Positions 46,368 through 58,508 of a stretch of 64,000 nt of DNA are shown here, one piece after another. Every line of letters starts with the position of its first letter. Position 1 is the first letter of the stretch. The position numbers and the translations under genes were made by a program. The stretch is taken from the NCBI GenBank assembly GCA_963924565.1, contig OZ004610.1, forward strand, positions 19,654,001 to 19,718,000, given 5' to 3'. The notes below the pieces were generated by a model. That model saw only the letters and a program-made list of their open reading frames with translations. It ran no database searches and was not told the origin of the DNA. Source of the DNA: Ascidiella aspersa (lineage: Eukaryota).

Positions 46368-49098
46368 CTATTTCTTTCCACAATTATTTGTTTCTGGAGC
46401 TTTCGTTTGTACGTCTTGCTCAATAGAATCGAGGTCACATCTTTTACAAGATTCTTCATTATTTTGGAAAAAACCGCGTCTAAAAATTCATAGAAAAACA
46501 TAATTGGATTTTTTTGGAATTGTTTGTTTATAACGCAACTGTACTTGCAGGGTTCAAGCCGGTCTTTGCATTGCACAGCGACAATGTTGAGTTTAATTTA
46601 TTGTTTCATCGGAATAAGTACATTGTGAAATAAGTAGATTAAGCGTTGTTAGTAGAGTAATGTTGTGGGGATTGTATAGTGCACGACTGTTTTTATACAC
46701 AGATTGTTTAAAGTTAGTATCTTGTCGCTTTGTTTATTTTTTTTTGTTTCTTACTAACCTTAATACACAAAACCCGATTTGTAGAAGAATCACAAGACCA
46801 AGTAGTCCAGTCGAAAAGTGGAATGCTAGTTTGAAGTTAAAAGATTCCATGGTAGGGAAATGTGTAACTGGCAGCTCACTCGACTAAATGGCATAGGAGG
46901 GCGTTTAGGTATTAATCTTCGTTGGGTACTCATGCTAACTTGCAATTAATTGCGTATTGTGATTAATGGGCTAAGCTACCACAAGCTCGTTAGTTCAAAT
47001 TCGGTTCCGGTCCTTTGACGTACATGGAATCATTGATTCATGGTTAAGTCGAATGGATATAAATTACCATTTAATGCCATGTGGCAAACCAAAGAATCCA
47101 AAGTATAACTACGATGTTGAAATTTGTTGTAACTTTGGCTAGCATGGTAAGTTTAGCGCATGCAATGAAACGTTATGATATGTCATATGATCCTTTGATT
47201 GAACACGCACTATGGCAAAAATTCCACAGCAGCTACTTACGGCACACAAAATATTCCCAAAATAAAAAAAAATGAAACTGTTTCTACATTCTAGCTAATT
47301 CAAGCAATACAGTTGAGCCTTTTAGTTGACGAAGGTCAGAACGGTTTAAATTTATATATTGGAAACCTGTATGCTAAATTGTGCCATGCAATGCAAAGTT
47401 GACCATTTACCGTTTATTGCCGAAGGGGCACATTTCTATTATTACTAACATTACACAAGCTGCTGCAAGTATAAAGTTTGTTAAGCAATTAAAGGCATGC
47501 AATTAAGACAAATGTGTTAAATGATTTTCTCGATCATTACTTTCGTGTAATATGCTGCATTACAAGCTATAAGCAAACTCTTAAAAGCAAAGTCATAAAC
47601 TAAATTGTAAAATTTAAGTCAAATAAACTAAGTACTGTTTTAATAAAATAGAAGAAATATTTTTTAAACAAAAAACCTAAGATCTTACCAGTCTAATTTG
47701 ACATCGGCTTCCGGTAAATCCTTTGTAACACCTACGAAAGATTAAAAGAATATAAGTAAAAAAGTGAGTGGGTTAGGTTTATTGCTGCATTCGCAATAAA
47801 TAACCAACTCACATGCAATATGGTTGAGCATTCTCGACTGTTCGGTCTATCTTGCATCGTCCATGTTTTTCACAGAAACTACTTTCGTTTGATCGACACC
47901 TTTCACCGCTTTCTTTTATCTCTGTATACGGTTTTCATTATAAAGATGGAAACAACGCGCCGCATAAAGCACTTATGTCAAGAAATAAAATGTGCAGAGA
48001 ATAGGTAGCACATTACAAAAAACACTTTTAGTTAGTCGTACAAAATTATTTCCGTCTTATGGGATTGACATAAAAACAAATTTTGCACCGATGCCCTGTA
48101 AGAAGACAAATTTAGATACATGCGTGACAACTCAAAGAAATCTAATAACCTTTTGTCAACAAACGTGTCAAATTTCATGATACGCCGAGGATCAACTGGG
48201 ACACACATTCTCACTATTTAAAGGCATGCGATATTGTGTATCGCGCATGTATGTCGCAGCTACATAAACTGATAACATTAAACGCTTACTTTTAGTAATT
48301 ACTTTTCCTATAAAACATACTTTCGCAGATGCCTTTGCAGGTACCGCTACATACTCTCTTAATTGGTTTTTGCATGCTGCATTCATCTCGCTGAAGACAC
48401 TCTTCATTGTAATATGTTCTGTAAAAGACAATTGTAAAGAGTTACCTGTGTTGTATTTGTAGCATAGATGTTGTAAAAACTTTGATGAAGCATTTCTAAG
48501 CAGACTTTTAGCAAATTGGAACTTGTTCCTAAAGCATGCCACTCTGTGTTTCTTTCTACAAACGCGCTAGCGTTACATGTCAGATTTAATTAATCGTCAC
48601 TGATGTAGTAAAGTTTTGTCTATGCCTGCTCTCTTGGTAATGAAAACGTTTGAGGCAACCTAGTGTTGTGCGATTCGAGCCTTCTATTGTAAACAAAAGA
48701 TTTTTATTGTAAACAAAATAGAAAGACAAGAATAAATACGAGGTTTAAAACCAAACTTACATGTCATTTCCGCCGCAAATTGGTTCATATTTTGCCTCTG
48801 TGTAACAAGACGACGAGGGACATTGGCAAACATATTTTCCCTCCGAAATGTCGTTGATAGAGATTTGCGATACAGATCTTAAAGGAACACACTGGCTTCC
48901 GAAACGGCAACTGTCTGATTGGTTCGGGTCACAAAATACTGCCTCAGAATTTGGAATCCAAGTTGACAAAAGCAAAACGGTAATCATCAAACACACTGCA
49001 GTCGAATGATAATAGTTACAGACTGATGCTGCATCGCGAAAAAAGTACTTGCTTTTCACTGAACGTCGATAATATGGACATAATTTTGTTGCAAACAT
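46368..49098 (-). CDS. Tomoregulin/TMEFF-like type I membrane protein (signal, follistatin-Kazal, EGF, TM), ~274 aa; complement(join(46368-46479,46759-46883,47689-47731,47813-47921,48321-48418,48761-49098))
   Basis: GT-AG introns in phase. Hydrophobic signal CLMITVLLLSTW; FOLN/Kazal CRFGSQC...CQCPSSSC...EPICGGNDITYYNEECLQRDEC...GTC; EGF CRSNESSFCEKHGRC...YCMCYKGFTGSRC; TM LAFHFSTGLLGLVILLQIGFCVL. The last exon is uncertain. Confidence 0.85.
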
Positions 49099-52000
49099 GT
49101 TATGTTATTTTAATGTAACTCTGTTCTAAACTTTAATAAAACAGCTACAAAAATAAAATGAAACTACAATAGACTGTTCGGGCATATATGTTAACGACAG
49201 AATTTTTCTCTTATGCCACAATTAAAATATGAATCTAGAAAAACAGTAATCAATCTCTGTACACATTTATCGAACAAAATTCATATTAATTTACTATGTT
49301 GTTCAATTGTTACATCCTAACAATTTCTGGTTTTTTTGGCAATATTATTTGGACCTGTACTGAGTCGGCATGAAAGAAACGTTTAGTAGCTTCGGGCGTC
49401 TTTGAGAAGCCATCTACAATTTTCTGGTCGGTTGTCCGCAATTACAAAGGCCGTCATCTAACTACCAGGGAGTGAAGGGTGTACCTACCGGACGAGGTGA
49501 CCTATTGTTGCTCTTGGAAGGGACGTCGACTCGATTGGGCCGACTTGAATTGAAACTTGACAATATATAAGTTACCGCCCACATGCTTGCGACTGGTTTC
49601 GCAGGAAATAATTGCGCCATTGATAAATCGTTCGGATAATGTCTACATACCTGCAGGGAATAAGTTCTAACGCGACCTGCAGAACATCAATAAACACGCT
49701 TGTGCGTTTCGCAGCACATGCACAATCAGATTAAACAGTCGACACATCATCCGAGTACTCATAGATCAAACTTTCCCTTTATGACCTATAACGAAGATTA
49801 TTTATTACCAAGCACACCAACACATATCGTGTTGTCATCAAATGCTAAGCCTACTGCAAATTCATTAAGATTCAAAATTTCTTTTGACTTATACCTAATG
49901 AACTATACAGGTTAAAATCGCATTTCCTGTTACCACTTTTTCACTTCAAGGTGTGTGGTGACTTCACAACTAATATCGCCCTTTTATAGCTTACTTGAAG
50001 TATTGTTGCCTTTTTTGTTTTAGCGTAACCGGCGATAAAAGGAAAAAAAATGCTCGAATAAAACAGAATTTGTGGTTTTGTTTTCCTCTTGCTCGTATTT
50101 GTCTGCTTAAATATCATGGTATCGCAAAAATGAATATTGACAATTTGCGGTCCAAACCAGTTTCGAGGCAGCAAATATCGGCCTACTTGCGTCGTATATT
50201 TAGAAACGTAACTGTTACGAAAATAGCTCGGGTCAGTTGAGGTTTATATGTTGGGAACGCTGCCTACCTTTTTAATAATAGATGTCATTCCATGTTGATT
50301 TATGTACGAGTATATGTTTCGAGTTGCAGAAAAGAATATACCGAATAAACCAATTCAAAGAAATCGTTTGAAATAAGTGGTTAAAGTTTTATGATCATTT
50401 ACATTTTTAAAGCAGGATCACGAATCACGACTTGACGAACCTCTTACAGTTACATTGATACATTGTTCAGGAGTAGTCCTGCACAACAAGCGGTCCACGT
50501 TACCTTTAAAAGCCACACACGATGTAATAACATATTTTGGTATAATACCTTAATGTTAAATAAAAATTGTTAAGTATTGTTGGCTTAATTATTATAAATA
50601 GCAGTTGGGGGGAAACTTTTTTCGTCGCTGCCCAAAGAACTCTTTTCGGAGCTATTGAAAGCCCACTACATAAAACCACTGCGAAAACAGTGGCAGGGAC
50701 AGGTATATGTTTTAAATTAGAGGCATTAGACTGACATCACAAAGTTACAAACATCTGTTTTTGTCGAACGAACTCGCGCGCAAATATGAAGCGAAAATCC
50801 AGTTTAACTAAGCGGATAAAAAAAGTAATAAAAAATGGATGGATCAGTTTTAAATTGTGACGCATATGGCAGATAAAAGGATACGAATAATGCTCGAAAT
50901 ACCGGAATCTATATATAATTTAAAAGAAATTGGACTGTACAGAGAAATTGAACTGCAAGTTATGAGTCACACGACGCAAGAATTAAGTTATAGAATATCG
51001 TTTTTGGGATGAATAGATTTCAAAGTAATTTAAGAAACGTGGTGTTCTCGAACCGACCGGTGTGGTATTATGAAACTAACAAAATGGTTTTAGTTGACGA
51101 ATCGCTTACTACTTACTAGACGTGTACTTTTCATGCACGAAAGATTAACACTATGTCATTTCCAAAGCTGAATGCCAAGAAATCCATTACGTTAATCTTG
51201 TTTAAAACTTATAATTGTCACTCATGATACGGCAGCAATATTGCAATGTTGATTAGAAAATTATATTTATCTAGATATATTCTGGTAGAAATTGCATTTT
51301 GCAGGGAGTCTAAGTTCACACAGCGTTAGTCTGTTTACACCAAGAAAACGTGAAATGTTAAACGGCGCCTTGATGCCGAAAACACTGTCATACCATAATG
51401 TAAAACATACTATAAAACAAAGCATATACGCGAAAAAAATTTGTGTTTACATATAGTTAAAGTTCGCCTAAATATAGTTTGACAGACACCCTCAGGGCCA
51501 CATTTGGCAAGCGGGTCTGAACCCGCTGAGACAATATAAAACACACCAACTTTTATAATACAGTGCAATGAATTTACGGCTATCACGCGGCCCACAACTA
51601 CATAATAACACTAAACTATTGAAAAGTAACTCGCGGCCCACTAAAAATGGCTCTGCAGCCCACATTTGGGCCGCGGCTCACAGTTTGCAACCCACTGATG
51701 TATAGTAAAGAAATATGTCACACCTCGCAAGTAGTTCATGTATACTTGCGGAAATTATTAATAGCCTTGGAAAAGCTTATTACCTTAAATAATAAGAAAA
51801 GTCGTGTAACAGCCCGATAAAAGTTTTCGGTAATATGGCAACAATTTACCGGACTAATTAATTGATGTATTTGAGTAAACGAGCAGTTTAGTCCAACGAA
51901 TACATTTATGTAATCGTAGAATGTCCTTATCTGTGCCCTATTATGGTGTAACCGGCTGAAGAGGTTTACCTTATCCAATACTTTTTCTACCTTGGAAACT

Positions 52001-52703
52001 ATTTGTAAAAAAATATGTTTGACCAATATAGAGGCGAAATATACCACCAGTTGGAGTAAGTAGCAAACAGAAAACAAACCTAAAACAAACTGGTTTTACG
52101 ATACAGCAAATTGGAAAACCACAAGTCTTGAAACTTAAAGTAAACTGAGATGAAAAATAAAGAATGCGCCTACCTAGCGCAGGGCTTAGCAAACCGGTAT
52201 AGGCTACCGCAAGACCATAGGTATTCGGCGATGATTTTGGAGTTTTTTGGTTGAACTTTCGAAACATATAGTTGAGTTGTCAATATTCGGTGTAACTAAC
52301 AATATATTCATCAACAAAAAAGGAATTTTAACCAATAACAATCAAGGTGAAACATTATGACTGAGCTAACTCATTTTTACATTTGACAAAAGCCGTAACT
52401 TAAAAAAAATGTAAAACAAACACAACTTCCAAACGTTTAGCGCGTAAAATTTAAATACTTATATTTTTCAATCTTAAAACCAAAACAAAACAACATAAAC
52501 ACCATATCCATATGCTCATGCTCGGTGCAAGGCAGTGACATTGTGAGAGTGTATGAATTCTACTCGTTTTATTACCGCCAAAATTTTCAAAGATATCAAC
52601 GTATTTTAGTTCAAAACTACTGTAAAACTGCAAATCCGAAGGATAGGAGTTTTAATTTATTAAAGTTACGGGAACTGTCGTTGGGTAACAATACACTATA
52701 TAC

Positions 52704-52968
52704 CAGTGATTCTCAACCGGGGTGCCGCTGCACCCTGGGGTGCCATTTCTAGCCCAATGGTGCCAATCGAGGGATATTTGACAATAATCTAATTTTGCCC
52801 TCTTACAACTTTGTGTGTAATATTAGAGTGGAGTAAATCTTATTAAAACTTCCTACGTTGTGCAGAGTTGATGTGTGCTGTTCCAGTTCCGTTTATTGTG
52901 ACATTCTAATTTACCTACGGAAAAATCTTTTAGGGGTGCCGTAAGCCATAAAAGGCTAAGAACCACTG
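52704..52968. mobile_element. hAT-type MITE
   Basis: TIRs CAGTGATTCTCAACC / GGCTAAGAACCACTG; degenerate CACTAT-containing flanks. Confidence 0.7.
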
Positions 52969-53509
52969 CACTATCCAAAGCAGATGCAGAAAATTCGCGG
53001 ATCATTAACTTTTTAGGCCGCGCCCCTCATTACAATTTATCGAAACTCGCGCCCTTCTTTGAATATTATGTTTCGTGGCCCATGTGTTTCACTTCTACTT
53101 TTAACGTATTAGTAAAATGATGTGCAATAAACAGGCGCTGTATACACAGGCGGTGCTTTAAACATAGGCGTACCCAAGGGAGGGGGGGTTGTCATGCACT
53201 GTTACGTCACAAATTATGTAGTTAATATTACTTTTGCTATACATTAATGTAGTTTTACTACTTTCAGTCAGTTTTTTGCTCTTTGAATGTTTTTTTTTGA
53301 TATTGCGTTAACACTCAATCAGTTGCTGCTCAAAACGGTTTGCCTGCATTGTTATTTGTGTTCGTTACGGCAGTTAGTACGATGGTAAAAGCTAAACAAA
53401 AAAGCTCAAACTTTTTGCACCCCCTAAAAAAAATTTAGGCCGACTACGCAACTGGTTATAATTTTAATATAAACCTCGCTTGGTGAAAAGAGGCGCGTAA
53501 AATGTTAAA

Positions 53510-53887
53510 TGAAAGACACACACAAACATATGTGTTTAATAACATCTGTGATCTAGCCCCTCGGAAGTTGCTTTATGACCAACGATTACGGCTTCCGTAT
53601 CAATATTAAACACATATGTTTGTGTGTGTCTTTCATTGATTGATACGGACTGATGATCCCCCAGTGTGAAGTTGCTTGTACTAACAAAATGTGCAAGTAT
53701 TGGCGCATGGTTGTTTCTCGACTCGCTCCTCTCTGAGCCTGCATAGCTCAGTTGGTAGAGCGACGGTCCCGGCTTGACCGGAGGTCGTGAGTTCGAACCT
53801 CACTGCAGGCCAGTTGTTTTTCTGGCTTGCTCTGCTTGCATCATAGATCGACAGATTCGGCGAGTCTGCGATGGCTTTTCGGTGTAC
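53510..53887 (+). mobile_element. TSD-flanked tRNA-derived retroposon (SINE-like or PLE-associated) with 5' inversion
   Basis: 12-bp direct repeat TAAAATGTTAAA at 53498-53509 and 53888-53899. Internal 34-bp inverted repeat, CTGATGA motif and tRNA-like cloverleaf. Confidence 0.7.
53737..53811 (+). ncRNA. tRNA-like sequence with non-canonical anticodon arm (probably not a decoding tRNA)
   Basis: Acceptor stem GCCTGCA/TGCAGGC; D arm GCTC-AGTTGGTA-GAGC (A box); T arm GTGAG-TTCGAAC-CTCAC (B box); T5 at 53817-53821. The anticodon arm is 2 nt too long, and loop CCGGCTT lacks U33 and purine 37. Confidence 0.7.
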
Positions 53888-53991
53888 TAAAATGTTAAAC
53901 TGTGGATTTATGCAAAATTTGTTTGATATCTGTGATCTTATTTAGCCAAACGTTAGCTTAACAATGCAATTATGTAAATCAGCATCTATAG

Positions 53992-54338
53992 CAAGGATTC
54001 TTAAACTTTTTTTACCGCGGACCTCTAAAATTTTTTTGGTTCGCGTGGATCACGGTAGGCAAAAAAAAAATCAAAAATGGCGTCATAAATTTACGTCGCA
54101 ATAGACATAGACTGTATAAATCTGCTGATTTCGGTCCAAAAAATTGAAAGTAAAGTGAAATGGAGTCTTAATACATTCAGTGCAAAAACGTTTTATTAAT
54201 TTAACTGTTTTCTTTGATAAATTGATTACTTCTTAAATATATACTAATATTTAATATTTCAATTAGGCGTTCATGGACCCCCTAAAATTAGTTTAGGGAC
54301 CCCCAAGGAGTCCATGGACCCCAGTTTAAGAACCCCTG
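53992..54338. mobile_element. hAT-type MITE
   Basis: TIRs CAAGGATTCTTAAAC / GTTTAAGAACCCCTG; TSD ATCTATAG / ATCTATAT. Confidence 0.85.
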
Positions 54339-57329
54339 ATCTATATCATAGGCGTCAAACATTTTTTTAAAGTGTCAATTTAAGTATCACAAATGTTCGC
54401 AAGCCTTAATTTAGTAATTTGGCGATATTATTCTTTTACAAAATTTGTTATCAGTTTTTAATTCATACATCAATGCGAAACTGGATTACAAAGTCTTGAG
54501 GTATTTGACAGAACATCGTAAAACTGTCTATGACGTAGTCGTAGCCTTTAAATCAGATGAAACTAAATTGCACGCAAATGACGCTTCGTTTGTTGTTCAG
54601 CCTAAAAAGTTTTATCAAAATTATCAATCACTGTTTTTTGGGGTGACTTTTAAGGGGACCATGAGAGCTATTTATTTAGGATTATTACACGCACAAAATA
54701 TATAACTATGAAGTGTATTTGTTGCTTTTATCAAAGGTTACTAATTAAAATATTAAATGTTCAGCTTTTGATTCATGACTCTTATTAATGCCAATTCCAT
54801 ACGTACAATGCATTGTTTAAAACAAAATATTTTTTTTTTTTCATACTTCATCGCCATACCAAAGTAGCTTGAGGCTTTTCGCGATTAATGCTGTCAAAAT
54901 ATAGCCTAACTAATATAGGAAAACTTAGTAAAAATATGTTGTCAAACCAAGCCCCTTTTTTAAGGTTGCATTTTTCCTTTTCTTACGCATAGGCCTGTAT
55001 GCACGAATTATTTCCTATAACGTAATTATAACTGTGGAACTGATTTGTTGCTCATAAATTGACTATAGATCGATTCAGTGGTGGTAAATTATAAATAAAA
55101 GCAAAATATCGTATTGACTTGGATAAAAAGTTCTTAAATTATAGCCTTTAATCGTCATATTGTAACAGCGGCACATAATATATTGTTTAACAGCCCGCAC
55201 CGTACGATTACATGAGAATAACAAGCAGTTTAATATCGTCTATAAATCCACTGTTGTACCACTGTTTAATAAGGCAATAGTCATACAAATACATAGCAAC
55301 ATAAAAATTTACTACTGTCAACTGGCGTTTATTGGGTACAAATGTAACAAGTTTAGCGGCGCGCTTTTAAGTCTTTGGGGAGGCCGCGGGACGCAGGTTG
55401 GACGACCCTGATCTATAGGACATTAAAGCTGTTTGTCATGTCAAAACCATAAAGTGTCATAAGATGAGTTACGGACGAATAGGTATGCAAGATCAAATCA
55501 AAGGTTTAGGTGAAAAACATTTTAGGTCTAATATATGGCGTTGGCCTCCACTAATAATTTTAATTTCGCAACATAGTACCACAAATAAATAACTGCCATT
55601 TTTTTTATATTTTCTATTTTCTAGAACGTTTCGGCTACCTATACATTATACAGGGTGTCTCATCATGGAATGCAACATTCCACCACGTTAAAAAACACCA
55701 CGCAAAGTTAAACGACAAAAATGGGGGATAAAAATGCGATAACCAACAAAATAAATTAAAAGCATAATGGCGATGACGCTTAATTCAGTTCATATTCTTT
55801 ATTAACACCTGTATGAAGCTGGACATATGAAATATTTTCTAGTATAAATATTATCAAAAGTTATAAGCGGATTTAATAATATGTTAAAACTATAAACAAC
55901 TATAGGCCTCAACAAATACGAATTTTAAGTAAACACTTTTTTAATATTTGACTTCCTTTCCGCTAAATTTAAGTTGGGGAATTGATTCAACTTTTGGCAA
56001 ACATGTTCTGTTTCTTATGTAAAAATACTTGAATTATTTATTCTTAGCAATAATTGATGTATGAACCTTTTCATGTTTATTTAATCTTTCCTACATAAAT
56101 GAACGCCCATTGAAATTTAAGTTTTGCTACTTTTAAATACACTTGGCTTTACTTTATTGACATGTTTCTCTTGGTCGACTCCATGCGGTATTATTCTAAA
56201 CCAGGGCTTCATAAACTGTTTAGTCTGAGACCGCTCTAAATTAATTTCAACTTTCCGCGACCTTCACCTTGACCCTTCACGTTTAAAAGTGACAAACAGA
56301 ACCCCATCTACCACTCAGTTAGCGATTTTGCTCTGCTTTAATTTGACACGACATGTGGAAAGATAAAGTACAGTTAAATATCGCTTTGTGTGAAATTTAT
56401 ATGGCCCAACTCTTGATCCTAAAATGTGTTGCCGAACGAACTGCAGGGTCGTGAGCCAATTTAAAGCCCTGTTAAGCAAATATCTTTAATAAAATAAAAG
56501 CTCAGCCTCGATAACGAGGGGCAACTAATTGTGCAGAGCCAAACTTGTTTTATATAAACTGTTGCTACCAGGCATAGTAATATAAATCAAAAAACAGGTT
56601 TCTATTTGAGGGATATGAAAAATGTCCACATATGGCGTCACAAGTGATGTCATAATTTCAGTAAACTTAGGAAGCGTGCTGTTCTCGAACGAACTGTTGT
56701 GAAACTATGAAACCTAGAATATAAGTTAAATGCGCAAAGCGAGAAATAAATGCATTTATTGCTTTTAGTTGGCAAACTTTTACCTTAGAAATAAACATGA
56801 CACAATGGCACATAAAAATATTAGAACTATTTATCTGAACAGATCGATCTGCATCAATGTGTTGCATCACAATGTTACGTCACACTAGTCACACTCCACA
56901 CTCAATGCGATTTACAAGATGTTGTTACAAAATGTTACAATGTGATTTGTCTCTTACCAAGATTGTGTTGAAGCACGTATCCCAGGCCCCAGCGTTAGTT
57001 AATTTAGTATAGGTATATTTAAAAGTTTTTGTGTTAGGCAAAGTTTAAGTAAAAGATAGTCCAAGTTTAACGTATCCGTCCAAAACTTTTTTACAAGCGC
57101 AATTACCTGTCGGGAAATAAAAAAAATAAAAGTAAGTATATTTCCTTAGTAAAAAAGTAAAATTTTAATGTTTCCAACTAAGACTATTATGTTTAGGAAC
57201 TTATTGATGCCTGTTACCGCGTAAAGTTTAGGTAGGGTTCGCAAATTTACGAAGAATTGAATTTTTATTTTAAAGCCGTTTGTTAGCGATAGTGATTGAG
57301 GCCAAAGCCTAATGACTTCTTACAATGTG

Positions 57330-58029
57330 TTTACCCACTCAATACTTAGCAGAGTTTGCGAAAAAAGCTTTATTGCAGCAGTTAACAGTAAGCATTTGTT
57401 TTTTCAATGAGGATTTTTCTCACGTTTGACGCAGTTTAGCACCGGGATTACGTGTTTGCTTAAACATGACGCTATCAAGCAAGTCTAAGCAATTGCTGCT
57501 GCAACCTAAAGTTTTACGTTTGGGAGTTATTCTCAATTGACAAACGTCACGGGTTTTACAGTTACTTATAAGATGTATTGCATGCTTAGCCAAGTGTTGT
57601 GCGCTATAGTTAACCGACTTCGCATCACATGATTTGAAATTTCAATGTAGTGACACTCAGTTCAAACGTTTAGGCATAAGCAAATTTGTTATGACACTTA
57701 AAAAAATATGTTTGCATTATTTATGTCATTTACGAAGATCTTACGAATAACCGGTAAATATTCTTTTGGGTACCGGTAGCACTAATTTACGGAATGATGA
57801 ATGGTCGGAATGGTCGGAACGCTCACTTATTTAAGTGTTACTCCGTTAAAACAATTATTAAACCAACGCACAATATTTGGGTTAGGGTGGGTGTTAGCGT
57901 TTGGGTGAAGGTTGGTCAAGTGTTATTATCTTTAATAATATTACTGTGAGCGTTCCGACCATTCATCATTCCGTAAATTAGTGTTACCCTATTCTTTGTA
58001 ACCTGGGCAACGCCGGGTATTTCGTCTAG
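57330..58029 (+). mobile_element. Helitron 3' fragment, same family as 33590-36086
   Basis: Ends ACCTGGGCAACGCCGGGTATTTCGTCTAG|T. Internal blocks are reverse complements of sequence in ~33600-34860. Confidence 0.8.
57775..57989. mobile_element. Palindromic MITE with GGGTTAGGG-like core, inserted in the Helitron
   Basis: ~45-bp TIRs GGTAGCACTAATTTACGGAATGATGAATGGTCGGAA... / ...TTCCGACCATTCATCATTCCGTAAATTAGTGTTACC. TATTCTTT is repeated on both sides (57759-57766, 57990-57997). Confidence 0.8.
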
Positions 58030-58508
58030 TTTTAAATATTAGGCTAAGTTTGTTAAATTTTCGTTGAAGAGAGTGCCACTGAGCAGAAGACGCTTTTTGT
58101 CTGTGAAGTTGCCAAAAAATCGCTTGGAACATACGAGCAACACAGAAGAGATTCGCGCGAATCGCGAAAAGAATTTCCGTTTTAGCATTTAGAACAGGCT
58201 AAAAATCGAATTTGACGGGGTCTTGACAAGATCTGTCAAACTTGCCCTGGCTTTCGCTTAGCCTATGTATTTTATTAAAAATTAGCCGCGGGCACTGCTT
58301 GGCGGGCCGGATCCGGCCCGCGGGCCGTATGTTGCCCAGGTCTGAGTTAGAATGATAAAATGATATAAATACTACACACAGTAAACATGATAGTACATTA
58401 ATTAGTTATTATACATTCAGTTAATGTAATCGTTGAGCCTGTTTTCTCTCTACCAACGTCTAAATTGCTGGTTTAATGGTGGAAAGAGCCAGCAGCATAT
58501 GTCGTATT

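Noticed and set aside
53737-53811. Functional tRNA-Ala(GGC)
   Set aside because: The anticodon arm is over-long, U33 and purine 37 are missing, G34 Ala tRNAs are atypical in eukaryotes, and it sits in a TSD-flanked insert.
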